Source of the DNA: a bacterium
GTDB lineage: Bacteria > Electryoneota > Electryoneia > Electryoneales > Electryoneaceae
DNA: 64,000 bases
Reading direction: 5' to 3'
NCBI GenBank assembly: GCA_963675295.2
Contig: CAXXKJ010000002.1
Location: 3,680,001 to 3,744,000, forward strand
Shown: positions 20,177 to 28,149 of the stretch, piece after piece
How positions within the stretch are numbered: the first letter of the stretch is position 1
Layout of the letters: each line of letters starts with the position of its first letter
Position numbers and translations under genes: made by a program
The notes under the pieces: model-generated
Database searches by the model: none
What the model was told of the DNA's origin: nothing
Seen by the model: only the letters and a program-made list of their open reading frames with translations

Positions 20177-20217
20177 CATTGGATAGTAAGGGGTTAGCAG
20201 AAATGCTGATCCCTTTT
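20133..20217 (+). repeat. Left att site: 85-bp direct repeat (tRNA 3' half + terminator)
   Basis: Matches 29946-30030 with 2 mismatches. Confidence 0.93.
20188..20217 (+). terminator. tRNA terminator hairpin (duplicated at 30001-30030)
   Basis: AAGGGGTTAGCA-GAAA-TGCTGATCCCTT followed by Ts. Confidence 0.7.
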
Positions 20218-20223
20218 CTCTGT

Positions 20224-20343
20224 CCATGGGGCACTGGTGGGGCAGAAACCGCCAAAATCCTCAGCTGGTAGCAGCCATTCACCCTCTGCCTTTTTTCCCA
20301 GATTCCTGCATATTTACACGCTGAGTGCCCCGTGAGTGCCCCA
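20224..20343. promoter_or_regulatory. Putative integrase arm-type binding sites (TGGGGCACTCA-like pairs at 20224-20245 and, inverted, at 20322-20343)
   Basis: Same 11-bp-period doublet recurs at 29809-29830 next to the other att site. Confidence 0.55.
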
Positions 20344-20519
20344 CATAAAAAGAGTCTGCCGGAAATCTCAAGATTTATAAGGTTTTCAGCAGGCTGTTCT
20401 TCTGAATACTAATCAGGTGTTGACTTCGTTCGGGGTGTTTGTTGCTTGAGGAGGTTGCTGGTGGGGGTCGTGTTAGACACGGCATGATTTCACCGGCAGC
20501 GAAGCCCGGGAGAGGCACC

Positions 20520-21047
20520 ATGGCGAATATCGAACGCAGGAAAGCGAAAGACGGTTCAACGTCCTACCGTGTGAAGATTCGTCATCAGGGGCACTCTAAC
20601 GAAACAAATACATTCGGCAAGCCGACAGAAGCCCGGGATTGGGCACAGGAAACCGAAGCCAGCATTCAGGCGGGACGGTATCTCCCCTCCATGGAAGCAC
20701 GGAAGCACACCCTTAGCGATCTGGTGGATCGGTACCTCAAGAACGTGATCCCGGAAAAGAAGAGCGGCAAGGATCAGGTGTACCAGCTTGAATGGTGGCG
20801 TGATCGAATCGGAACGTATCCGCTCGCCAGTGTAACGGCTGCTCTGATTTCCGAATGCCGGGACGAATTGAAGCAGAGCGGCAAGAGCAATGCAACGGTA
20901 AATCGGTTCCTTGCCGTGCTAAGCCATGCGTTCACCCTTGCCGAGCGTGAATGGGAGTGGATCGATCAGAACCCGTTCCGCAAAGTGTCCAAGCTGAAAG
21001 AGCCACGAGGGCGCGTACGTTTCCTCCTGCCGGGAATCACCGAATGA
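20520..21047 (+). pseudogene. Tyrosine integrase, N-terminal (arm-binding + core-binding) part only; catalytic domain absent
   Basis: MANIERRK...SYRVKIR...TF...EARDWA, TLSDLVDRYL, SNATVNRFLAVLSHAF, NPFRKV...RVRFL, then stop; no R-H-x-x-R/Y region seen downstream. Confidence 0.8.
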
Positions 21048-21611
21048 CGTTTGACTCATCCGACTTTGCGAGCGCTTTGTATTTCATCCGTGCAACGGTA
21101 TCCGGTCAAATGGACCAGGTGCAAAAAATGATGTTGGTGAGGTGACCGCCAAGGGTACCGACCAGAAAACTCAAGAGCTTAAAGTAGCATTCGGTTCATT
21201 TTGTCGAAATAAACCAACCTGTGCGGTTACGTGGATCGTAGAGGGTGTTTGACCTCAAAAGATAGACTCCGCTAACATTTAGATATTGTTAGCTTTGCCG
21301 AAAAGATGATCGTCACACTAGACTGATGCAAAACCAGTTCCTAAGATTAATTTGACAGAATTGCAGGTTTGGTCGCCTTCAATAATCAGAATCTGACTAG
21401 ACATATAACAATAGTTGTAATTTAGATAGATTCAATGTTGAATGATCGCAGTTAGTGAGAGACAGGATAGGGGGATGAGTATGTCAAGTCTTGCGAATTT
21501 TGATTTTTTGGATTATTTTTAGGCCGATGTCAAGAGATGCAAGTGGTGCTTACTTAGGGGGAAACACCACTTTCCGTGACGCCCCTCCGGGACAACCGAT
21601 GAATTGAGGTT

Positions 21612-22292
21612 GTGGTGGCGCTGCACAATGTAACCAGGTTCTTGGCAATCTGGATGATCGTATCGTTATCGTTTTTGTCCGTGGGTTTTGCATCTGAGAA
21701 ACCCGCGTCGCCAGCCTCTGTTCAACCCAAGGTTCGCCCTCAACAGCCAGTTTCTGAACGGATGAAACTCAATTCGTCCGAATGGTCGCAGCCCTCTCTG
21801 CAGCTCCACGCTCGCACCCTGCCGGACAGCCTCGATGTTCAACGCGGAAAGCAGGATCAGGGGAAGAGTATCAGCACTGGCGTCCCGACCTTCGATTTCG
21901 AGATTCAGACGGATCCGGTGATCTACTACGAGGTCCCCGGCGCACCCGGCGAATACCAGGGCCAGCAACCGATCCACCTTCAGATCACCAGCAACGCGAG
22001 CCAGTTTGAGCTTGACGATATCACCTGGCGTCTTCACTGCCGGATGGACTCGCTCCGTTCGTCTGACGACACATTCGACCTTGAACGCTTCCAGGTACGT
22101 GTCGCAGGCCAGGGGGAGTATGCACCGTTGAGCCAACCGCTGGTAGTGTTGCAGCAGACGGGAATGCAGAATCCACAGCAGGTGGATTTAGATGTGAAAT
22201 TCCTCGTCAGCCTGGGGGATCGTGCCGGAGATTACAACGGCGGGTTGACGTTTGAGCTTGAGTTGGTGGATGAAGTAGTGGAAGTTGAGTAG
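21612..22292 (+). CDS. Secreted pilin/Ig-like subunit 0 (putative minor subunit)
   Basis: Signal peptide; LQITSN motif and C-terminal AGDYNGGLTFEL strand shared with the downstream paralogs. Confidence 0.6.
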   Translation: MVALHNVTRFLAIWMIVSLSFLSVGFASEKPASPASVQPKVRPQQPVSERMKLNSSEWSQPSLQLHARTLPDSLDVQRGKQDQGKSISTGVPTFDFEIQTDPVIYYEVPGAPGEYQGQQPIHLQITSNASQFELDDITWRLHCRMDSLRSSDDTFDLERFQVRVAGQGEYAPLSQPLVVLQQTGMQNPQQVDLDVKFLVSLGDRAGDYNGGLTFELELVDEVVEVE

Positions 22293-22344
22293 GCAGGACA
22301 ATTGATCGCGGCGAAGTGTCCGCGAGCCGTAAAGACATGAATAT

Positions 22345-22429
22345 GGGCCGGTCTCCAGCCGCCAAAGCGAAGAACCGGCCCACACGGGCACCCCAGAAGA
22401 AGGGTATGGCACCGTTTCGTCTAAACTAA
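22345..22429 (+). repeat. Degenerate orphan copy of the cassette leader, followed by a 7-codon ORF
   Basis: GGGCCGGT...AGCCGCCA...ACCGGCCC stem-loop, CACACGG, CCCCAGAAGAAGG, then ATG...TAA. Confidence 0.55.
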
Positions 22430-22604
22430 CTGTAGCCGGGCGGTCAGGTCAAGCAGTTTCTATCAGCGCTGTTAGACAAGCGTGCTATGGCCGGAACATC
22501 GCCCACACCCGGAAGGCTGCAGTATGGCGATACGGTGCCCGGGCCCGTGATACTGATGAGGTTTGAGTTTTATAACGAAGCCGTTCATTGACAAGACACA
22601 CGCC

Positions 22605-22792
22605 GTTGCCCGAGCCGCCAGCTCATATGCCGGGCCACGTTGTGAAACAAAACAGAAATCGGTCAGGGAAGGCCGATGAATCGGTCACCGGTCAGATTTG
22701 ACCGGGGCAACCCCAGAAAAAGGAGAAGGATGATGAAGAAGCTCATGTTGATCGCCATTGCGATGCTCGTCGCGGTGGGCGCATTCGCGCAG
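22605..22792 (+). repeat. Cassette leader + signal-peptide repeat, copy 1
   Basis: TGCCCGAGCCGCCA...CCGGGC...AATCGGTC..GGCCGAT...CACCGGT...CCCAGAARAAGGAGAAGGATGATGAAGAA...GCGCAG. Confidence 0.9.
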
Positions 22793-23212
22793 AACGACCT
22801 TGGGAATCCCGAAGCGATCGCTGACGTAACTCTCGCGATTTCCCCATATGCTGAAGTTAGCTCTTTGTACCCAACGATTGGCTATCAGACGAATTTCCAT
22901 GGTGCCTCGTTGCCCTTGGATATTCCTGTGGTCGGTGGTGTAACCATCAGCACCAACGACGACGTTACAGCCACGGTTGCCTTTGAAGCACTGAACATGA
23001 ACCTGACAGTTTGGGACGCGCTTGTCTTTACCGGTTTGTTCGACGATGATTCCGCCAGCAAATCGTTCATTAACGGAGTGCACAATCCGGGCGTGAAGCT
23101 GCACATGGACTACACCCAGGCATACAACGACGGCTCGGTTACCTGGACCGATATCCCCGCTGAAAATCTTGGAACGGTTGGTTCGATTGTTGTTACGGTG
23201 ACGAGCAATTAA
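22730..23212 (+). CDS. Secreted pilin/Ig-like subunit 1
   Basis: MMKKLMLIAIAMLVAVGAFA-Q signal; ADVTLAISPYAEV; ISTN; C-terminal GSIVVTVTSN. Confidence 0.75.
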   Translation: MMKKLMLIAIAMLVAVGAFAQNDLGNPEAIADVTLAISPYAEVSSLYPTIGYQTNFHGASLPLDIPVVGGVTISTNDDVTATVAFEALNMNLTVWDALVFTGLFDDDSASKSFINGVHNPGVKLHMDYTQAYNDGSVTWTDIPAENLGTVGSIVVTVTSN

Positions 23213-23233
23213 AGACTTGTTGCGATAGACTGG

Positions 23234-23279
23234 CATGCTCTGCTGAACCTAGGCCCCGCAGAAACTTCAGCAGAGCATG
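23234..23279 (+). terminator. 14-bp hairpin between subunits 1 and 2
   Basis: CATGCTCTGCTGAA...TTCAGCAGAGCATG followed by TTTG. Confidence 0.6.
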
Positions 23280-23300
23280 TTTGAATTTGTGCAGTTGAAC

Positions 23301-23479
23301 GTTGCCCGAGCCGCCAGCTCAATAGCCGGGCAGAAGCTTGAAGTAACAATCGGTCGTTGCCGGCCGATCACACGGCCACCGGTAAAGAGGCCGGGAGACC
23401 CAGAAGAAGGAGAAGGATGATGAAGAAGCTTATACTGATCGCTCTCGCGATGCTCGTCGCGGTGGGCGCGTTTGCGCAA
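23301..23479 (+). repeat. Cassette leader + signal-peptide repeat, copy 2
   Basis: Same conserved blocks as copy 1; linker nearly identical to copy 3. Confidence 0.9.
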
Positions 23480-23854
23480 ATGACAGCAGACAAAGACGTT
23501 ACCCTTACGATCTTACCGTATGCACAGGTGACGGCACCTCCCGCAGCAATTGAACTGGAGTATGATCCGGCATGGGGATTCTCCGACTGGGCTTTGGGCG
23601 GAAACGCTTATAGTTGGAGCATTGACACAAACTTTGACATCGACGCCACGATGACGTATACGGACAATGGTGTCACTGGTGTCACGATTACCAATGCCGG
23701 CTTCTTCCTGAACCCGGGCGTACAGCAGGTGCTGTCCCTTACGGCGGGTCAACATCAGTACGGAACATTTGTTGATCTCGACATCGTCGATTGGACACCT
23801 GCGGCTGAGGATCTTGCCATCGGCACGCTCACTGTGACGCTTTCCGCTCAGTGA
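23417..23854 (+). CDS. Secreted pilin/Ig-like subunit 2
   Basis: MMKKLILIALAMLVAVGAFA-Q; KDVTLTILPYAQV; IDTN; GTLTVTLSAQ. Confidence 0.75.
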   Translation: MMKKLILIALAMLVAVGAFAQMTADKDVTLTILPYAQVTAPPAAIELEYDPAWGFSDWALGGNAYSWSIDTNFDIDATMTYTDNGVTGVTITNAGFFLNPGVQQVLSLTAGQHQYGTFVDLDIVDWTPAAEDLAIGTLTVTLSAQ

Positions 23855-23861
23855 AAAAATG

Positions 23862-23899
23862 CACTCAACCCGGCATCTAATAGGATGCCGGGTTGAGTG
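23862..23899. terminator. 16-bp perfect hairpin between subunits 2 and 3
   Basis: CACTCAACCCGGCATC-taatag-GATGCCGGGTTGAGTG. Confidence 0.6.
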
Positions 23900-23904
23900 A
23901 CTTA

Positions 23905-24081
23905 TGCCCGAGCCGCCAGCTCAATAGCCGGGCATAAGCTTGAAGTAACAATCGGTCGTTGCCGGCCGATCACACGAGCACCGGTCCAAGACCGGGGTAC
24001 CCCAGAAGAAGGAGCAGGATGATGAAGAAGCTTATGCTGATCGCTCTCGCGATGCTCGTCGCGGTGGGCGCGTTTGCGCAG
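23905..24081 (+). repeat. Cassette leader + signal-peptide repeat, copy 3
   Basis: Same conserved blocks. Confidence 0.9.
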
Positions 24082-24474
24082 CCGTACCAAGCCAATACCC
24101 TTCCGTTGGATGTTAACCTTACCATCAGTCCCTATGCAGAGCTTGCCTGGGTTACGGGCCAAGCTCCATTGGCGCTTGTATTGGAGCATCCTACCTGGTC
24201 GGACAACGAAACTGCGTATTTTAATTGCGCTTCCAACTTTGGCTTCATCATTGCGCAGACCTTGTCCGCGCCTTGGGGATCGGGATTTATGTCTGGAGCG
24301 TCGGTCGATCCTAACAATGATTTCGGGTTAAATGACGGTAACGGTGATGCCGGCAGTTACACCAACGTACCTGTAAGAGTAACTGCCATGATCTCCGGTT
24401 CGTATGAATGGTATGAAAAACAAGAGGGTAACTACGGAAACGGCACCCTTACGTTGACGATTATCCAGCAGTGA
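24019..24474 (+). CDS. Secreted pilin/Ig-like subunit 3
   Basis: MMKKLMLIALAMLVAVGAFA-Q; LDVNLTISPYAEL; CASN; GNYGNGTLTLTIIQQ. Confidence 0.75.
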   Translation: MMKKLMLIALAMLVAVGAFAQPYQANTLPLDVNLTISPYAELAWVTGQAPLALVLEHPTWSDNETAYFNCASNFGFIIAQTLSAPWGSGFMSGASVDPNNDFGLNDGNGDAGSYTNVPVRVTAMISGSYEWYEKQEGNYGNGTLTLTIIQQ

Positions 24475-24571
24475 GTTAGCCAGTCATTTTTTTCGTGGAA
24501 GATTGACAAGCCGTTCAGGTCCAGAAGTATTAATACGGAATAGCGACAGCGGCTGTAGAAGACAGGAAAAC

Positions 24572-24606
24572 ACATTCACGGAGCCTGAACCTGGCTCCGT
24601 GAATGT
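24572..24606. other. 14-bp perfect hairpin immediately 5' of leader copy 4
   Basis: ACATTCACGGAGCC-tgaacct-GGCTCCGTGAATGT. Confidence 0.65.
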
Positions 24607-24610
24607 CCAC

Positions 24611-24790
24611 TGCCCGAGCCGCCAAAAGGATACGCCGGGCAGCTAGGTCTAGAAGAAAATCGGTCAGGGAAGGCCGATCACACGGCCACCGGTCCAAAGA
24701 CCGTGGTACCCCAGAAGAAGGAGAAGGATGATGAAGAAACTTATGTTGATTGCTCTCGCGATGCTCGTCGCGGTGGGCGCGTTTGCGCAG
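24611..24790 (+). repeat. Cassette leader + signal-peptide repeat, copy 4
   Basis: Same conserved blocks. Confidence 0.9.
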
Positions 24791-25213
24791 CCGCCTGATT
24801 TCCAAGAAACGATTGACGTTTCGGTCACTATTGATTCGTATTGCTCTTTCTCCCTGGATGATGGTAGCCTGAGCATTGCGATGACTGGTGGCGATACGGA
24901 AGAGGAATCGGGTGTGATTCAGGGTTCATTCGCCAGCAACGACATGGCTATGCTTGTCTTTTCGTACGAGGGTTTAGGGACAGATTACATGACGAACGTA
25001 GCTGGGTATTCCTGGTTGCGGTATTTTGATGCAACAGTTGGGACTGTGTATGCTGGCTATAATGTCGGTCTCAATGAATTTATGAACTATCCGCTGATTA
25101 ACACGGAATCCAGAGACTTTACAGTCGGCATTAAAGTTTCAATGCCACAGTTTACGGATATTCCGGCTGGCACGTATTCAGAAGTTCTTGTAGTGTCAGT
25201 TTATTGCCTGTAA
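24728..25213 (+). CDS. Secreted pilin/Ig-like subunit 4
   Basis: MMKKLMLIALAMLVAVGAFA-Q; IDVSVTIDSYCSF; FASN; AGTYSEVLVVSVYCL. Confidence 0.75.
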   Translation: MMKKLMLIALAMLVAVGAFAQPPDFQETIDVSVTIDSYCSFSLDDGSLSIAMTGGDTEEESGVIQGSFASNDMAMLVFSYEGLGTDYMTNVAGYSWLRYFDATVGTVYAGYNVGLNEFMNYPLINTESRDFTVGIKVSMPQFTDIPAGTYSEVLVVSVYCL

Positions 25214-25289
25214 TGATGTGGCGCAGCAAGTATTGATCGCTACAGATTGAACCCTCCACAGAGCATTGGTCTTGCTTCGTGGAAGCATG

Positions 25290-25474
25290 GTTGCCCGAGC
25301 CGCCAGCTCACATGCCGGGCGATGGACTGAAACGAAACAGAAATCGGTCAGGGAAGGCCGATCACACGGCCACCGGTCCAAAGGCCGGGGTACCCCAGAA
25401 GAAGGAGAAGGATGATGAAGAAGCTTATGCTGATCGCTCTCGCGATGCTCGTCGCGGTGGGCGCGTTTGCGCAG
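25290..25474 (+). repeat. Cassette leader + signal-peptide repeat, copy 5
   Basis: Same conserved blocks; linker similar to copy 1. Confidence 0.9.
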
Positions 25475-25864
25475 TCGGATGCTAACGATGTCGCAGATCT
25501 GATTGTCACTATCGAACCGTACGCCTACGTTGAAGTGACTTCGGATGCTGTTGGTGTGACAATTACGCCACCAAATTGGGTGGCGACTTCTGAAGATCCC
25601 ATCGTTTTTAATTGCTGTGCAAACTACGGTTACTATCTCGAATACACAGCCAATAGCATGATAGCGAACCCATACTACATCTTTGTGTCACCTGTTGATC
25701 CAACTCTCGCAGCTTACGACGTAACTTCTGGTGAGCACATTGGCTTGGAGCTATATGCTCAGGTAGAGGTCTGGGATCAGGAGGGTTACCAGAATCCGTA
25801 TGATGTGCCGTTTGGTGAGTACACAGGCATGAACATAAACGTGCAGATCTATCCTGCGCCTTAA
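25412..25864 (+). CDS. Secreted pilin/Ig-like subunit 5
   Basis: MMKKLMLIALAMLVAVGAFA-Q; ADLIVTIEPYAYV; CCAN; GEYTGMNINVQIY. Confidence 0.75.
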   Translation: MMKKLMLIALAMLVAVGAFAQSDANDVADLIVTIEPYAYVEVTSDAVGVTITPPNWVATSEDPIVFNCCANYGYYLEYTANSMIANPYYIFVSPVDPTLAAYDVTSGEHIGLELYAQVEVWDQEGYQNPYDVPFGEYTGMNINVQIYPAP

Positions 25865-25891
25865 GGTTACATAACCATTGATAGGAAAGAC

Positions 25892-26392
25892 ATGAAGCCA
25901 ACACTGGCTGTATTTATCGTTTTACTGCTGTTGTTGACTACAGCGGGTTACAGCCAGACGGACACGGCAAGCATTCCCGTGAATCTGACCATCGAGCCGT
26001 ATACGGAAATCGATATCGCAAACGATATCATCATGACAACCGTGGAAGGCTGGTGGTTCAGTTCCGGGATGGAGATGGAAAGTGTTGGATCGACCAGTGT
26101 GCAGGTTGGAACCAACACCAACGCGACCCTTGTCTGTCCGGCGACCTTGGATATGCAGTTGATCGATCCTCCGGGACCGGAGATTATGACAGTGCGGACG
26201 GCTGTTTCCTACATGTACCCCGGGCACCCGCAGTATTATGCCCAGGGCGGGCAAGTCATCTGCATTGATCTCGAACCGGGCCTGCACACGGCGATCTCAC
26301 TTGAGGCATCGTTGTCGAAGGTGTGGAACGTCGGTGAGGATCTGGCTGGCACGTACCAGGGGACATTGACAGTGACTGTCACAGAGAACTAG
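25892..26392 (+). CDS. Secreted pilin/Ig-like subunit 6 (own signal peptide, no leader repeat)
   Basis: IPVNLTIEPYTEI; VGTN; AGTYQGTLTVTVTEN. Confidence 0.75.
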   Translation: MKPTLAVFIVLLLLLTTAGYSQTDTASIPVNLTIEPYTEIDIANDIIMTTVEGWWFSSGMEMESVGSTSVQVGTNTNATLVCPATLDMQLIDPPGPEIMTVRTAVSYMYPGHPQYYAQGGQVICIDLEPGLHTAISLEASLSKVWNVGEDLAGTYQGTLTVTVTEN

Positions 26393-26423
26393 TTTGTGGC
26401 CTCGCTGTTGAACTTTGTAACGG

Positions 26424-26454
26424 GTGAAAAGCCGGAGATCCTCCGGCTTTTCAC
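26424..26454. terminator. Hairpin/terminator separating subunit genes from assembly genes
   Basis: GTGAAAAGCCGGAG-atc-CTCCGGCTTTTCAC. Confidence 0.7.
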
Positions 26455-26480
26455 TCGATTGATCTCATTGTGAGGACGTC

Positions 26481-28100
26481 ATGCGTACCATTCTGATCAC
26501 ACTTTTGGTGATTTCTGCATTCATGGTCTGTGATTCCGTCCAGGCTCAGGGCTTCATGGTTAAACCGATGCGAATCGAGATGGCCGGGACTCCCGGGCAG
26601 CAGGTGCAGGTCGACCTCCAGATCAACAACACCAGTGCGGACAAGGCACCGGAAGTCCTGGTTGGGAAATGGTACCTCGATCAGGGAAATAACGGCAGCT
26701 ATCAGCCGTTGGCGACGGATGAAGTACCGTCTGAGCGCAAACAAATGATGCAGAGTTGTTTCGACTGGATGACGGTATCGGAAAACACTCTGATCGTACC
26801 ACCCCTGCAACAGGGACTAGTCACGGTTTCTGTGCGTATTCCCAGTGATGCAACGGGTACTTATTCTGCGCTACTGACGGTTGAAAATGTCCCGGAACGC
26901 CGCCCCGGAACCATTGGGATGGTGATGCGGTTCGTAGTCCCCGTAATTGTCGATGTGCGTGGCCGTTCCGCTCGCACGGAAATCGATCTTGCAGGCGTCT
27001 CGCTGAACTACGTGGAGTCAGAACAGAATGCGTCAGGAGAAAGTACACCCGCCGTGGACAACCTGCACGTTTCTGTCGCCAATGAAGGCAAGATTCGTGG
27101 TAAAGTCAGCGGTGATGTGACCATCTTGCGCAAGGCCGGCACGGGCTGGCGCCAGGTGACGGTTGTGGAATTCCCTGAGAAGACGGTCATGCCCGGAACG
27201 AGCTGGGATTTCGTGCAACCTTCCCCGCGCAGATTGGCAAGCGGCACCTACCGGCTGAGCACGAATTTCCTGCTGGATGGCCGGAAGATGCGTCCAATGA
27301 ATGAGATCGTTGAATACAAAGGTGATCCGTCGGTGACGACGGTGCAGGAAGATGTTTCGTTAATGATCGAGCCGCGTGTGGCTGAGATCGAGGGTGTACC
27401 GGGCGCGCGCCGCACGGCTCGCATTCGAATCCAGAATCCCAGCGAACAGCAGCTTTCTGTCAGTATCAGCAGCATGACGCCGAAAACATTGCAGGGCGTG
27501 GCAATGGGTGACGTAAAGGGCGAGGAGTATGCTTGTAACGAATGGCTGAATCCGAATCCGGCTGAGTTTACCCTTCGTGGTGGCGGCGAACGTACGGTGG
27601 CTGTCAGAGTCAGTTTTCCCGAAGAAAATTCGGACAAACCCTTCCATTATGGCAGTCTGGTGATTACGGCCACCTATGCAAACGGCGAAACCGCCAGTTC
27701 GGAAGAGGTGCTCGTGGTGGCGAAAAACCGTGAACTGGAAGCGGCACCGCACTTGTATCCGTACACGGTTTCAATCTCGCAGGTTGAGGGCAAGCAGTAC
27801 GCCGTGTCTGGTAAGTTTGGCAATGTCGGCAACGTGCACCTCTACCCTACCTGCCGGGCAACGTTATCCAATACGTCCGGCACACAGGTTTTCAAGCAGG
27901 CCGATCTGAATGCCGACATGGATCTTGTGTTGCCAATGGGTACACCGGTTTACAACGGCGTGCTTGACCTGGACGGTGTTAATGACGGCACGTACAAGCT
28001 GACGGTGGCTGCAACGTACGGTGAGCATGTGGCGAATAAGGATCTCGCGCTGCGTGTGACTACGAATGGCAACGGCAAGCAGGTTGAAGTGCTTGACTGA
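26481..28100 (+). CDS. Secreted protein with two tandem PapD/EcpB-like (DUF916-like) chaperone-type modules
   Basis: Signal peptide; module 1 FMVKPMRIEM...QINNTS...WMTV...LIVPPLQQGLVTVSVRIP; module 2 LMIEPRVAEI...RIQNPS...WLNPNPAEFTLRGGGERTVAVRV; each followed by an Ig domain with NEGK/NVGN. Confidence 0.6.
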   Translation: MRTILITLLVISAFMVCDSVQAQGFMVKPMRIEMAGTPGQQVQVDLQINNTSADKAPEVLVGKWYLDQGNNGSYQPLATDEVPSERKQMMQSCFDWMTVSENTLIVPPLQQGLVTVSVRIPSDATGTYSALLTVENVPERRPGTIGMVMRFVVPVIVDVRGRSARTEIDLAGVSLNYVESEQNASGESTPAVDNLHVSVANEGKIRGKVSGDVTILRKAGTGWRQVTVVEFPEKTVMPGTSWDFVQPSPRRLASGTYRLSTNFLLDGRKMRPMNEIVEYKGDPSVTTVQEDVSLMIEPRVAEIEGVPGARRTARIRIQNPSEQQLSVSISSMTPKTLQGVAMGDVKGEEYACNEWLNPNPAEFTLRGGGERTVAVRVSFPEENSDKPFHYGSLVITATYANGETASSEEVLVVAKNRELEAAPHLYPYTVSISQVEGKQYAVSGKFGNVGNVHLYPTCRATLSNTSGTQVFKQADLNADMDLVLPMGTPVYNGVLDLDGVNDGTYKLTVAATYGEHVANKDLALRVTTNGNGKQVEVLD

Positions 28101-28149
28101 CGTCTCCCGACAACCTCCTCACTATCGTTTTGAGCAAAGGGATGCTGTG

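Noticed and set aside
21491-21519. Sigma70-like promoter TTGCGA-17-TATTTT before the island operon
   Set aside because: Weak consensus in AT-rich DNA; cannot be supported without transcript data
22525-22590. Hammerhead-like CTGATGAG...CGAAG
   Set aside because: GAAG instead of GAAA, no convincing stem I and no NUH cleavage triplet
22605-22635. c-di-AMP (ydaO) riboswitch-like CCCGA.CCG.CAGCT
   Set aside because: Only a partial resemblance to the 3' half; the conserved 5' half is not seen upstream and copy 4 lacks CAGCT
22605-25474. Repeats as a CRISPR array or integron attC sites
   Set aside because: Units are ~185 bp and include RBS and signal-peptide codons; spacers are whole genes; no cas or IntI gene; no RYYYAAC...GTTRRRY boundaries
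22730-26392. Type IV pilins serving the secretin
   Set aside because: No G|FxxxE class III signal; signals are Sec/SPI type (AFA-Q)
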